Under the pieces are notes generated by a model that was not told the origin of the DNA, did not search any database, and worked only from the letters and a program-made list of their open reading frames with translations. Source: Lama glama (Eukaryota). From it: a DNA stretch of 64,000 bases. Location of the stretch: NCBI GenBank assembly GCA_028534125.1, contig CM052832.1, positions 16,804,001 through 16,868,000 of the forward strand, in the 5' to 3' direction. Shown one piece after another: positions 36,224 to 53,079 of this stretch (position 1 is the first letter of the stretch; every line of letters begins with the position of its first letter). A program made the translations under genes and the position numbers.

Positions 36224-39200
36224 ATGTTTTTCACCTGTGGTCCAAACGAGGCCATGGTGGTCTCTGGTAAGTATTGTTCTCTTCTCAGCCAGTGACCCCC
36301 AAGCCCTTGCGAGTGTGGCCTCTGCCCCTTCCCCTTCTCCCTACCAGCTCCCTAGCGCCAAGCCTTCCGCCCACCCCACTCCCCCGTGGCTGCAAGCCAC
36401 CCCCTTGTGATTGTTCCCAGCCACCACCCTTCCAAGGCGAAAACTGTCCCCCACCCTCGCCAGCTCCCATATTTCCTCTTGGGGATTGCTGCCCTTCTCC
36501 CTTCCCCAATTCTGTCTTCCACATTTCAGCTCTGCCAGGGCGATCGGCCACCGCAGCTCACTGCCCCCTCATCTTGCAGGTTTCTGCCGGAGCCCCCCAG
36601 TCATGGTGGCTGGAGGACGTGTCTTTGTCCTGCCCTGCATCCAGCAAATCCAGAGGTAGGTAAGAAGAGAACTTGGAAAGGAGAACCCTTGTTTCCTCTT
36701 TCCTCCTTTTCTCACTATCCACCCCTTCTTTTTCTCTTAGGATCTCTCTCAACACACTGACCCTCAATGTCAAGAGTGAAAAGGTTTACACTCGCCATGG
36801 GGTCCCCATCTCAGTCACTGGCATTGCCCAGGTGAGGCTTTCAGAGCCTTTCCCCCAAAGTCCACTCCCCCTTTCACCTTCTCTGCCCCCAGACATTAAG
36901 AATTTTCTGACCATGGTCTTCCCATCCTCTGCCTGCAGAGAAATTTCTCTGCTGGTCTCAGCTTCTCCAGGGACTTCCAAGGCACTTGACTTCTCCCCAC
37001 TTCTCTCCCTAATTTCTGCCTGGCTTCTTGAGACCTTCACCACACCCTCCGTCGCTCTACAGGTGAAAATCCAGGGCCAGAACAAGGAGATGTTGGCTGC
37101 CGCCTGCCAGATGTTTCTGGGAAAGACAGAGGCTGAGATTGCCCACATTGCACTGGAGACGCTGGAGGGCCACCAGAGGGCTATCATGGCCCATATGACT
37201 GTGGAGGTGGGCCTGAGAGCAGGGAAAGATCTGGAAGGGATTCCAGAGTGAGGGGGTGGAGGAATACCCAAGGACTGAGCTAGCCTATAGGAGACAGCGG
37301 CCAGAGGATCTAGAGCTTACATTCCTCTTTCCCTCCATTCCTGTTATCCTAGGAAATCTATAAGGACAGGCAGAAATTTTCAGAACAGGTTTTCAAAGTG
37401 GCCTCCTCAGACTTGGTCAACATGGGCATCAGTGTGGTCAGCTACACCCTAAAGGACATTCACGATGATCAGGTAAACCTAGACCGTTCCTTCTCCCCAC
37501 TTCCCTGCTCTCATCTCTTAAACCTTCCCGAAGACTGTGATATCTTTGTCTCTCCCACAGGACTATTTGCACTCCTTGGGGAAGGCTCGAACAGCTCAAG
37601 TCCAAAAAGATGCACGGATTGGGGAAGCAGAGGCTAAGAGAGATGCTGGGATCCGGGTGAGAGAGATGGGGATGACCATGGGCTTATTGGAGTTGGGATG
37701 GATTAGGGGCTGGTGAATTGGGGTTGGCCGAGGACACAGATGAAGCCAGGCCTGGGGTAAAGATGGGGAAGCTTGGCGGAGAGCTGGTTCTCTCCCTGGG
37801 GCCTTCTCCCTTCTCTGACTTCCTGCCTGATCTCTGCATGGACAGGAGGCCAAAGCCAAGCAGGAAAAGGTGTCTGCTCAGTACCTGAGTGAAATCGAGA
37901 TGGCCAAGGCGCAAAGGGACTACGAGCTGAAGAAGGCCGCATATGACATCGAGGTCAACACCCGCCGAGCACAGGCTGATCTGGCCTATCAGCTACAGGT
38001 CAGAGCCCTCATGCTGGCCCAATGGCCAGGCTCGACTTCGCTCCCTACCCGTTCTTCTCAGGCCACCACTCTTTCTCATATTCGAACTCTGATTCCCTTA
38101 TTTGGGCCTCCATTTGCAACCCAGCTCCTCTGTATGAGGAAGATGTTAAAGATCTAAACACATAGCTGAAAAAGCAAAGGAAAGGTCCAGAAAGGTATGT
38201 TCCATAGGGATGATCGTGGCTTGGGGCAGGTTGTGCCCTGTGCAGGGGCACCTGGATGAGAAGGATGCAGCCCTTGCTTCACTCGCCAAGCTGTGCATCG
38301 GGCCTGGGTCACTAGATCTTCATCCACCCAGAGGAAGGGGCACCTTTTTCTAATTTGCACGGGCTACTTCATGGGCTCACAGCAGCTCTGGTGGTCGAAG
38401 AAGGGTGTGAGGAAGGAAAATGTGGACTTGGGCTTTGAATCCCACAAAGTGAGATGACAGAGCCCAGAGGTACAGCCGATCCTTATCATTTGTGGATCCC
38501 ATATTTGAGAATTTGCCTCATTGCCAGAATTGATTGGTTACCCCAGAATCAGTACTCGGTACTGATGACCATTTGCAAGAGTGGGGAACAATTTCAGTTG
38601 CCTGCTGTGTGCTTCCCAGTTGAGGTTGAACAAGATGTTCTGCCTTCTTGTTTTGACTCTTATACTATAAACAGTGTCATTTTCACAGTATATTCACTGC
38701 CACATTTTTCACACTTTTGTGCTCTTTGTCGGTGATTTCATAGTTTAAAATGACCCCCAAGCCTCGTGCCGAAGTGCTGTCTAGTGTTCCTAAGTGCAAG
38801 AAGTCTGTGACGTTCGTGCCTGACTGAAAATAAGTGTGTTAGATAAGCTTCCTTCAGGCATGAGTTACAGTGCTGTTGGCTGTGACTTCGTTGTTAATGA
38901 GTTAACAGCATATATTACGTACGGTGTCTTTAAGCAGAAACACACATAAAACAAGGGTATATATTGATCTGTTGATGAAAATGTTGTGACCAGAGGCTCA
39001 CAGGAACCTTACCCTGCATCCTAGGAACAAAAGTATTTGTTAATTCAGTGTTGATGGCTACTTCATAAAACGGAACTGCCATGAATAACGAGAAACAACT
39101 TTGACGTACTTTGAGACGTGTACCAAAGGAGAGCAATATTATGAGATTCATTTTTGCCAAGAGTTGGTACAGGCTGAAAGCATGAAGTGCAGCACATCTG

Positions 39201-42200
39201 TAGTTGTGATGTGAAATCCCTGGGTGGCTTGACAGGTACCTGAGTGTGGCACAGTGATTTGCTGCTCAAGGTGTGGTCCACTTACCAGCAGCATCAGCAT
39301 CCCTGGAGAACTTGGTAGAAATACAAAATCTCAGGCTCCAGCTCAACCTACCCAGTCAGAATCTGCATTTTAGCATAATCCCTAAGTGATTTGTGTACAC
39401 ATTGGCATTTCAGAAGCATTAACAGAGTGGAAACCACTAGCCTGGGTGGGACTTAACCCACTCAAGGATAAGATCCTTAACCTTCTAAACATGGCTTCCA
39501 TCGTTGGCAAATCAGGGTTGCAGGGTTGGGCTGGTTTGGGTTCTGTTCAGCTTTTATTAGTTCCTCATTCTGTGCCGGGCTTTATGCTGGGTGCCGGGGA
39601 AATCAGGATTTATTCAATGGATATCTATTAAGTGCTTACTGTGTGCCAGACATTGTTTTGGAGGTGAGTATATAAGTATGAAAAAGACACAATAAGATTC
39701 CTGCCCACATGGAGCTTAACATTACAATGCAGGAAACAACTAATAATCAAATAACTTTCACAGGCTCTAAGTATGTTGTTTAAGTGCTATGAAAGAAATA
39801 AACGGATGATGTGAAATATAGTAGGGGAGTTACTCTGTTAGGTCAAGGTGGTCAGAGAAAGCTTCAGTGAGGAAGTGATATATGGGATAAACCCTGAAGA
39901 TGAGAAAGAGGCAGCAATGTAAAGAGTTGTGGGCTGAGAACATTCTAGGCCAGTGCTGTTCAAATAGAACTTTCTGTGATAATGGAAATGCTCTATATCT
40001 GTGCTGTGATGTCAAGCACTTGTAATGTGGCTCCTGTGACTGGGGAGCTGAATTTTAAATTTATTTAATTTTAAGTACTTTAAATTTAAATAGCTATATG
40101 GGGCATGTGGCTAGCCAGGGGATCAGCATGTGCTAAGACCCTGAGGTAGGAAAGAGCTGGGTATGTCCCAGGAACAGAAAGGAGGGTTCTGATCTGGCAT
40201 GGCTGCTGTGCTGTGAGTGAGGGGAGGCAGGCGGGGCCAGGTCACATAGGATTCAGGTGGCCATGACAGAGACTTAGAAGAAAATTCAAAGCACAATGGA
40301 AAGCTACTGGAGGACTTTAAGCAGGGAGGCACTCTGGTCTAATTTATGTTTTTACAAGGATCAGTCCAACAGCCATGTGGAGAATTGATTGTCAGAAGAG
40401 AGGAAGCAGGGAGATGAGTTAGAAGGTTTTTTCAAAGATGATGGATTGAATAAATGCAGCTAATTGCACTCCCTCTTAAAACTTCATTAAACCACACAGA
40501 GTGATTTAAAAAGAAAAAGGTGGAGAGAATAGGAACAGAAGGAACAGAAACCACAGCATCATTTTGGAAGCTGGAAAGCCATGGTAATTGACTAAGCAGG
40601 TCTGAGAGAGCTGACCCAAAGCTGCAGGGGAGAAAACAGTGAAATGATCAGAGGCTCAGGACCTGGCAGCACGAGGGGCCTCTGGAGCTGTCATGAAGAT
40701 GGTTGAAATAAGGAAAAACACATGAAAAGTGACTTCTTAGGTAGAGCCCCTGTCTGGCTCCCTCACTGCTCCAGTAAACTTCCGGTGGTTTATTATCTAA
40801 CGAGTAAACCAGAGGATGTGACCCAGGGCCAGCTGGGCACAGGTGAGGGCCTGGATGCTGTACCAGTAACAGGCATGAAGTGACTGCCTATTGAACGCTG
40901 GCCGCTTCCCCTTACCCCTCACCCCATCCGTCTCCCAGAACCTCCATCTTCCAAAGAAGAGATCAGAAAACTGCTGTGGGAAACATGAGCAATCCAAAAG
41001 AAAAGATTGGAAGATCCTGAGTCAGAGGTTCCTCAGCAGATGATCTGCCCAGGTCACCCTTGAGTGAGGCTGAAAGCCAGTGAGCCTCACCCACATACCT
41101 ACAGCTTCTTTCCGGTGTTTCAGACCTTCCTCTCTGAGCAGAGAAGCAAGGACTACCTGACATATGAGGGAATCCTGCGACATGGAAGACTAGACCAAAA
41201 CCACAAGCAGCAAAGCAGTTTGAAGGATACATACTGTGCAGGGAGAAGAAAGCTTAGAAAAATTAATATCCTCTAGCGGGGAGGATATAACTCAAGTGGT
41301 AGAGTGCATGCTTAGCATACACAAGGTCCTAGGTTCAATCCCCAGCACTTCTTCTAAAATAAAACAAGTAAACCTAATTACCCCCCCAAATTAATATCCT
41401 CAGTGAGATAAGAGAAGAATTCACATCCAGGATATCAGGATTATAGAACAGAAAACAAACCAAAAACAAGAGCTTTTAGAAATTAAAAAAATTTTTTTAA
41501 GTCACCATACAAGAGAGATTCTAATAAATTTCCCAGAAAATAGAACAAAACAAATGGAAACATTCGGAAAGAATACTAGAGGCTAGTCCAGGTGAGCCAA
41601 TAGAACAAAGCAAGCGGAAGGAAATCAACAGTGGAAAAAATTCAAACATGTTTATCTGACTTTTTAGATTGAGATGGTCCACCAAGAGCCCAACACAGTG
41701 AATAAAAAAAAAATCTACCTTAAGACTCATCATTGTGAAATTTCAGAATGCTGAGAATAAAGGAAAATTCTGAAGGTTCCAGAGAGAAAGACTAGATCTC
41801 AAGCAAAGGGTTGGGCATCAGAATGACTTGTGATTTCTCAAGAATCAAGAAGACCATGGAGCAATGCCTTCAAAATTCTGGTGGAAAATGATTAACAACG
41901 TAGTCACCAGTACTCAACCTATAGTCATTCAGACAGAAAAGTGGAATGAAAATCTTAGAGAAACAAGATCTCAAAAAATGTATTGCCCACCTAGTCTTTC
42001 TGAGGGAGCTGTTGGAGGCTGAGTTTCTCCAAACAGTGGGCCAAAGGAGAGAGAGGCTGAGGTGAGTGCTCCAACACAGGACCATTGTGATCCTGCACAC
42101 TGGGGTCAAGAGCAAATAGTCCAGTTTGGAACAAGTTTGAAATTTTAGGGTCAAAGACAGTACATGGTGTCATCTCTAGAAGCACCCATCCTCTGGAGTG

Positions 42201-45125
42201 AACAGATGGGCCCAGTAGAGGCAGGAGCACTATCTCTTGTGTTGATGGGCCCCACAGGGAGGTGCATGGCTGTGTCCGAGCAGTGAGATGAGAAGTGCCC
42301 AAACCTCTACTCACTCACATCTTGTCAAGAGCCTTCTGATCCCTCTAGTCTCCAAGAGATAAGAAAATGCAATCTGCCTAAGTGAGAGGAAGCCTTTGTA
42401 TACATGTTGTAGTTGCTGGAAGGATACGCAAGAAGCTGGTCACGATAGTTGTTTCTGGGGAAGGGAGCCAACCAGGTGGCTTGAGAAGTAGGTGGAACCT
42501 TGCTTATCACTGTTTACTTTTTTGTTAGAATTTGGATCATATACAAAAGATAAAAATGAAAAAGACACACACAGCACCTCAAAAAGAAAGTCAGTGGGAG
42601 GCTGTTCAGGAGTCAATTGACAGTGGCTTGCACTAGGGTACCCGCAGCACAGATGGGCGGGAAGCAGATGGATCTGAGAGAGACTGGAGGTGGAGGACGG
42701 CCACCAATGCCCTCCAGATGCTCATACTCTAGAGGGAGATGCGGTGGAGAAATAGAGGAAGATGGGAGCTCAGGGAGGGATGCTTCACCTGGCCTGAGGG
42801 AGAACAGGGGCTGGATCCCAGCCCTTTGCGGCCCTGAAGCTGAGACCACCTGGGGAACAGCCCTAACTATTGATACTGGAGGGAGGATCAGGTCACCCAC
42901 CCCCGAACCGTGCCTTAGATCAGTACCAGAATGGACTCCACTGGGCAGGCTGAGCCCACTGGGGACCGACTTCACGTACCTGCTGCTCTATTTTTATATC
43001 CCGCCCTGGAGCACTGGCTTCCTGGGCGGTTGCTCTTCAGCTCTGACTCTGAGCCTCCCTCCTACCCAGGTGGCCAAGACGAAGCAGCAGATCGAGGAGC
43101 AGCGGGTACAAGTGCAGGTGGTGGAGCGGGCCCAGCAGGTGGCAGTGCAGGAGCAGGAGATCGCCCGCCGGGAGAAGGAGCTGGAGGCCCGGGTGCGGAA
43201 GCCAGCGGAAGCTGAACGCTACAGGCTGGAGCGCCTGGCAGAGGCAGAGAAGTAAACACCCCTCCTAGCCCCTCTGGGCTCCTTCACACCTGGGTGCCCC
43301 CAGAGGAGAAGCTGAGGCCTCCTCTACCTGTACCCCTTCTGTGGAGTCTGTCCCAGAGCAAGGGCTCCTCCTCAGCTACGCCTTCCACTTCCTTCTCTGC
43401 CCAGGTCCCAGCTGATCATGCAGGCAGAGGCAGAAGCCGAGTCTGTGCGGGTGAGTTAGCCACTGGCTCTTGCCGGTTGGTGGAGGGAGTAGGAGTTGTT
43501 GCTCACCCTGGGATTTCTTGTCCTTAACTCCCACCATCAGTAGCACAAGTATCCTGTGCCCTCCTCAGATGCGGGGGGAGGCCGAGGCCTTTGCCATAGG
43601 GGCCCGAGCCCGGGCGGAAGCCGAGCAGATGGCCAAGAAGGCAGAGGCGTTCCAGCTGTACCAGGAGGCTGCTCAACTGGACATGCTGCTGGAGAAGCTG
43701 CCCCAGGTCTGGGGGTCATGTGGGCACCAGCAGAGGAGGGACAGGACCAGGGAATCAGGGGTGGGGGAAATGAGGGACTTGGGGAGAACCAGCCTAGGGG
43801 GCCATAAATCAGGGCTGGGGATTACAAACCAGTGATCAGAGTGAGGCAGGGTGATCCTTGCTGTAGTGAAGAACAGGGATCTTAAAACCCAGGGTAAGGA
43901 GTCTTAGGAATGGCAGGGTCAGACTGCAGGCACTGAGTGTGCGTCTCACCTACCAGGTGGCAGAGGAGATCAGCGGTCCCTTGACCTCGGCCAATAAGAT
44001 CACACTGGTGTCCAGTGGAAGTGGGGCCATGGGGGCTGCCAAAGTGACTGGGGAAGTGCTGGACATCCTGAGCCGCCTGCCAGAGAGCGTGGAGAGACTC
44101 ACAGGCGTCAGCATCTCCCAGGTGAGGGCCTCTAGGGTGGGGGCCATGGAGCCAAATTGCCAGGTTCCTGTGGCACATGACGCAGCGGGCCCAGCACCCA
44201 GGAGGTCTGGGGGCCACTGACATTTATTAATTGCTTTCCGTGTGCCAGACACAGTGCTAAGGTTCTACACAAAATGGTTTAAAAAATTTTTTTTAAATCA
44301 GACTACCTTTGGGGTGTGTAGGGCTTTACAAAGTAAAAAAACTGAACTTGCAACATGTTAGGTAGCTTAGCCCATGGCATACAGCTGGTGAAGCTGGGCT
44401 TCAGACCCGGGCCCGCTGTCTCTGGGGCCTGTGCTTGTGGTCACCCCACTAACAGAAGGAGCTAGTTGTAGCCTGTTGACAATTAATTCCAAGGCCCATC
44501 ACTGCTTTCCTTGGTGCCTGTTTATTCACCTGTAGATTATGGTAGAGATCAGAGGGCAGGATCTAGAACCAGACTGTTTTGTTGGAATCCTGGCTCCAGT
44601 GCCTGCTAACTGACCTTGGACAAGTTAATCTTCTCTGCACCTGTTTCTTCACCTTAAAACCGGGTTAATTAAAGTAACTATCCTGTTGAATTGCTAAGGG
44701 GATTAAATGAATAAATATTTGCATGTTGTTTAGAACAGTGTTTAGCACGTGGTAAGTACCATATAAGAGAGTTAAATAAAAAATGCATACATAAATAAAA
44801 GCATTGGACCATAGCAGTGACCTTCAAGCTGGATTCCTTGAAGTCTCCCTGAGGCCTGCAGTGGAAAATTGGGAGCTAAGGAGGGTTGTGCAAGCAGGGC
44901 TCTGGCCCCTTCACCGGCTTGCAGTAAATCAGTCATTGTTATACGATGACTGCTTGGCAAAGGGGTGAGGTAGGGTGCCAGAAAAAAACTACAGTACTCT
45001 TGGAAATTTGTCTACCCTGTTGCCCATTCATCCAGATGAGGTCCTGGGAGATTAGGGTACCTGGTCCCTAAGTCATCACTGTCGTCTTTTGCCAGGTGAA
45101 CCACAAGCCTTTGCGAACAGCCTGA
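36224..45125 (+). CDS. FLOT1: Flotillin-1, 427 aa; coding exons 36224-36266, 36580-36655, 36741-36831, 37063-37206, 37353-37472, 37561-37656, 37846-37998, 43070-43251, 43405-43450, 43569-43706, 43957-44121, 45096-45125
   Basis: [50 protein letters not shown]...[23 protein letters not shown]...[15 protein letters not shown]. All junctions GT-AG; exons sum to 1284 nt. Confidence 0.97.
38472..39100. mobile_element. Tigger-family DNA transposon relic (MER82-like) in the long FLOT1 intron
   Basis: ta|cagccgatccttatcatttgtggatcccatatttgagaatttgcct...gaataacgagaaacaact. Confidence 0.65.
39253..42560. mobile_element. Cluster of MER5-like, L2, MER3-like and old L1/HAL1-like fragments
   Basis: cagcagcatcagcatc..agaatctgcatttt (MER5); tattaagtgcttactgtgtgccagac (L2); ggagcaatgccttcaaaattctg (L1 ORF1-like). 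Confidence 0.6.
41278..41389 (+). mobile_element. Vic-1-like SINE
   Basis: SINE consensus with perfect TSD aaattaatatcctc. Confidence 0.85.
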
Positions 45126-45470
45126 GCCCTCGACCTTCGTGATGCCCAGCCTCGTAGCTCAAGCCTCATTGCCTGAATGGTCCCCACATTGCATGCACTT
45201 AAGCTGGCTACCTGAGCTGTCCTTTGACAGCAGGGTTCCAACCCTCATCTCTCCTTGCCAAACAGCCTGTGCCTTGCCTTGGAGGGGAAAGGTTGCTCCC
45301 TTTCCCAACCCCACACTGCCAAGACTGCCAGTGCCCCAGGGGTCCCATGCCAGCCTTCTGATGATCCCACCCCTCAATGTATTTAACTTAATTACTGTCT
45401 GAGCCTGTTGTCCAGAATTCTTTCCTGAGACTTGAGGGGATGGTCTACAGGTTTTCAGTTTTACTTGTCA

Positions 45471-45524
45471 AATAAATGCTGTTAATAAGTACTGAATAGT
45501 TAATAAAACAGAATTCAGAATAAA
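45471..45524 (+). terminator. FLOT1: FLOT1 poly(A) signal cluster
   Basis: AATAAA at 45471, 45502 and 45519, about 350 nt after the stop. Confidence 0.65.
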
Positions 45525-46340
45525 TGCTAGAATGCAGCTTTCCCCCTTGCATTCAATAGGCTTTTTAAACTGGGAGAAAGGCAGTAGTTAACTTGTGTCC
45601 TGTTGAGTTGCAGGATTAATTTTTCCCCCAAAGTTGCTTATAGTCAGAAAAGCATGCTTAAGTGGAAGCTGTTTGAGAATTACATTGGACCCTAGAATTA
45701 CTGAAAATATGGCCAAGGTAAATTATTTTTCAATTTCCAATTGTTATATTTGAGGATATCTTTGAGGCTGTTACGCTGCGCTCTTTAAAGCATGAGGTAT
45801 TAGGTGGAACATAACCTTAATTTAGAATGGGACCATCATATGACATCCCTGCTAGTGATTGCCTTAGGTTAACTGAGAAAACCCACAGCATTACAAAAAA
45901 CAGCGACATCCACCACCCAAAGGAACCCTCGATGTGCTGTGCATTGGAAGTGGCACAACAGTGGCTTTCAGCTCCATGCTTTCATGATATTCTTCTGGAA
46001 TACCATTAAAAGACTGCTGGGGTCCAACCCATTTCTGGTTCAGTATACATTGGCAGGCCTGAGAATATCCGTTTCAAGGGGACACTGATGATGCTAGTCT
46101 GGCAACCACTTAACATCATGTCATTTCCCCTTTTCTATCCCTAGATCCTACATCTGAGCCTATGCCTATCCTAGCTATTAAGCCTGGTACTGGTGGTGGG
46201 TACCAGCAATTAAGGTATAAAGGTATTTTCATCACTATGGGAAGCACAGTATATAGCATTAACAATTTGAGCCCCATGCCTCCACCAGCAATCCTTCCCT
46301 GAATGAGTACACGTCTTGCAACTTTTTTTTTCAATTCCCA

Positions 46341-46346
46341 TTTATT
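46341..46346 (-). terminator. TUBB: TUBB distal poly(A) signal
   Basis: tttatt on the + strand, about 1 kb past the stop. Confidence 0.6.
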
Positions 46347-47188
46347 TTTGGCTCTTGGGGCAGTCATCTTTTCAATATGAAAAAAAGCAGCAAGTTCAAC
46401 ACAAAATAGAAATCTGAAGTGTAGAATAGGACAAAACCAAGGTTGAGGGGGAAAAGGCAATAGCAAAAGAGATGAGATGTTGCCAAGACAGGGTATCCTG
46501 TCCCCTCTCCGGGGAATGACAAACATTTAGGCGGCAGCACACACCTTTCCAGAAACACACAAAAGGGCTGGTATTCATTTTTTATGTAGGAAGATGGAAT
46601 GGGGAGGGCCTTTCTGGAAGTTGACAGATTAAGGCTAGTCTCTCCTTGACCCCCTTTCTGAGCAGGAATAAAGGAAGGGATCCCAGCACTTAAAGGAAAC
46701 GAAGTGGTAGAGAACGAAGGATCCCCCTTGACAGGGTGGGGCCAGACCCCTGCAAAAGAAACAGCTCAGGGACAGAGCTTGAAGGGAGACTGAAAATGGA
46801 GATAATACTGTTAACACCTCCCTGGAAACTGAGAGCAGGGAGATACCTGAAAATTAGGACTTCCACAGCTTGGACGGCCCTCTCCAAACCCCCACCCTTT
46901 CCTTGTAGGGACTTCTCCCTGCTGTGAGGTTGCTTGGTTTCCTTTCCCCTGGGCTACCACATGGGCCTAGGATGGTAGTCACCCATCTGGGTTTTCAGCA
47001 CACAGTTCTAAATGGGATCTGCTGAGATCCAGCTTCTTGGAGAGTTATCTTGAAAACAGAGAGCGGAATGTTAACTGGACAGATGGGAGGAGTGGGCACC
47101 AGAAGGAAAAACAGGGTTACCCAGAATGGCAGAAATCTAGGTTTCCCAGAGTGGAAAGAGAGAGGAGACATTCAACAAACAACAAATA

Positions 47189-47194
47189 TTTATT
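47189..47194 (-). terminator. TUBB: TUBB proximal poly(A) signal within an L2 3'-end relic (~47168-47227)
   Basis: cattcaacaaacaacaaataTTTATTgagcgcctattatgtgccaggcactgttctag. Confidence 0.65.
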
Positions 47195-47342
47195 GAGCGC
47201 CTATTATGTGCCAGGCACTGTTCTAGAACCCACCCCCCCAAAAGAAACAAGATAGAGGCAGAAAACGCGAATTCTGAGGGAAAGGGGCGGTTGAGGAAGA
47301 AGGCTGAGGGGACTGAGAAGGCTGAGGTGACGGGGCTCGGCC

Positions 47343-50589
<3,247 letters not shown>

Positions 50590-50689
50590 GGTTAAAATTT
50601 ATTCTAATCTTTTTGCTCGCCTCAAGGTGTGTACGGGGCAAGAAAATGATATGTAATTTGTTTTTCTCTGCTGCTGGTCGCAGGCTGGA

Positions 50690-50970
50690 AGGATGGGACG
50701 GCCCCGGAGGCTGCAGCAGCGAGGTCCGAACACGGCGGCAGGAAGGTTCTGAGAGGGAGAAAGGAGAGGGGAGGGCGCGGAGGAAAGGCGGGCAGGGCGG
50801 GGCGCGCGTGCGCCGGGGCCAGGAGGCGGGAGAACGCGCCCCGCGCCGCTGTGGGGAGACAAAGCCTCACCGAGGCTGGTCCTGATTAGTCCTTGCCGGT
50901 CATGTATCAGACGTCCATTGGTCCCTGCTCGGGGTGGACGAGCGCAGTCTTCCCTGGGAGTTGTAGTCCT
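50690..50970 (-). promoter_or_regulatory. TUBB: TUBB promoter
   Basis: GC-rich with Sp1 boxes, CCAAT (attgg at ~50917), and the ZNF143/THAP11-type motif ACTACAACTCCCA (minus strand, 50955-50967). Confidence 0.7.
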
Positions 50971-52699
50971 CTATTGTTGTCCACGCTGGAAAATGAAAGG
51001 ACGAATGGGTGGGTACTGGGTTTGGGGTTTTAGGTATTTGGGTCTTTTCAAGAAAAATGACATTGCGCAAGAGTTTTTTCCTCTATGCCTGAGTGTTTTG
51101 GTGTAAAAAGAATAGTTTTCGGGATGCAGGAATTGGGAACCCTGGGGTGCCAGGCTTTGGAAGGTGGAATGGGGCACGCCCTGAAAGCTCCCCGCTGCGG
51201 TAGCTCTGGGGAAAGACAGAATTGCTTAGCTCAGCGAAAACTGGGGAGAAATGCGGCACCCTGTTCTGCTAACAGCTGGTCCTTTGGTGACCCAAGACAT
51301 GAACTTCAGTAAGCCGCTGCTCCCCCAGATATCTCAGCAGGAAGGAGGGGACTGCCCTCCTGCCATTTCCTTGGGAGTTTCCTAATGATAATGTTTAGAA
51401 AGAAACAAAATTGCAGCCAAGGGCTTTTCAGGACAGAGATGTAATTGTGCGGAGGATCTGTTCAAAGAATAAATTGAATGGTTTAGAGAAACTGATATAC
51501 CCGAAGTTTCGGTCCATGTAGGGGATCTGGGCCTTAGAGCAGCGTTTAACACGTTGTCTCTTGTCAAGCAGAGAAGTATAGGGTGAGATGCCTGATAGAA
51601 TTTCAGTGTCTTCCAGCCTGCGTCTCTAGGCACTTTGATGGAATCACTGAATTCATTGACTAGGTGGCTGACCATTGCAACCGTCCAAGATCCTCAGGAT
51701 TGAAATAAAAGGGATGGGGGCATGAGGGGAGAAACTTGGATGAGCTCAAATCTTAGCATCATGCTTCTTCTTGAGGATTAATTCACTTGAGATACTAAGT
51801 GTCCACCAAACCAGGAGCAAGGGATACAAAAATGATTAAGAATTAGCTTCCTGTCCTCCAGGATCTTGCAATTTTGTGTCAAGTGTATAAACAATAGAGT
51901 GTGGTAAGCATTATGATAAAGGACATGTGGTATCAAGGTCATCATTGTTAATTCACAGTGAATTCAACATACGTTTCTCAGTCATCTTCTAAATAAAAGA
52001 ACATCAAGTTGTGTAAGACCCCTCTACTCACTTGAAATAGAATCTTTATGTTTTAGTGCATGATCACAATGAAAGTTACATATTTTGTGGTAGTGGAGAG
52101 AGTTCAGAATTTATAGAGAACTTGTTTCAATTTGTCTCTACCTTAGCTCTAGGTACCTAGGCAAGTCATTTAACTTCGCAGAGCTCCAGTTCTTTCTGTA
52201 AAACCTATTCCTATTTGCTTGTTCTAGTCAGAATGAAGTGAGATAATAAAAGCAAAAAGTCTTCCTAAATTTTGTCAAATTGTTACTATTCTCTTCTTGT
52301 CTTAGTATGAAGTTTAATGAAATAAATGGTTTTATCATCCTTCAACCTTTCAAAGATCTCGGTCATTTAGGATGGGTTAGCAAAATAGTTCTATCGGTTC
52401 GCCTAGAGATCTTAAAGAAAATGACCTCAAGATGTCCATCAGGACTGTAGTCTCAGGGAGAATATGACATGACTTCTAAACGAGCCAAATCAAAAAGAAA
52501 TGAACTTCTATTGCAATGAATACTCAAGCGCCACGCCTACGGTCTAATCTCCAAACTGCAGCCTTCAGCCACGACTGCAACCCGCAACCCATTTTTATTT
52601 CTCGTGAGTCAGCGGACACCATGCCTGGGAGGACCGAGGAAGGACGCTCTAGCCGCACTAGAGGGATCGGGCGGCAACTAGGCTAAGCCCCTCTATCTG

Positions 52700-53079
52700 C
52701 CCCTGGCAGCCCGACTCTGTGGTCGCGATTTGGAAATCTGCGCGGGAAGTGGGCGGTGGGTGGGGAAGCGGCGGTGGGTTGTCCTTTGGAGCTGCCCAAT
52801 CAAGGTGCGCTATGCTGTGCGCCTTCGGCAGCCTGGGATTACCGCCTCACCCAACCGATCTCAGTGTCCGGGGAGAAGCGCCCTTTGAGCCGTAAGGGGG
52901 CAGGGCGGGGGCGGGGCTTTGCCTGTGCCTCTGCATTGGCGGCTGGATCTGTAGGCGTGCAGCCGGGCTGTGAAAGACAGCGGCAGGAGCCAATAGCAAA
53001 TCGGCCCCCGCCCCGCTCAGGCACTCGCGCCACCCCGGTCGCGGCCGTTACTGGTGGCGCGCGCGGGGACTGAAAGTAG
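52700..53079 (+). promoter_or_regulatory. MDC1: MDC1 CpG promoter and non-coding exon 1 (donor after 53079)
   Basis: E2F-like GCGCGGGAA 52740-52748, three CCAAT/ATTGG boxes (~52796, ~52935, ~52990), GC boxes, ag|gtgagt donor. Confidence 0.7.

Noticed and set aside
35046..36255. Several long overlapping ORFs (up to 301 aa) on both strands
   Set aside because: Stop-poor CpG-island sequence giving low-complexity Gly/Arg/Pro/Ala translations.
42617..43069. In-frame upstream extension of a FLOT1 exon
   Set aside because: Begins at TTG within an intron; a normal acceptor at 43069 explains the true exon.
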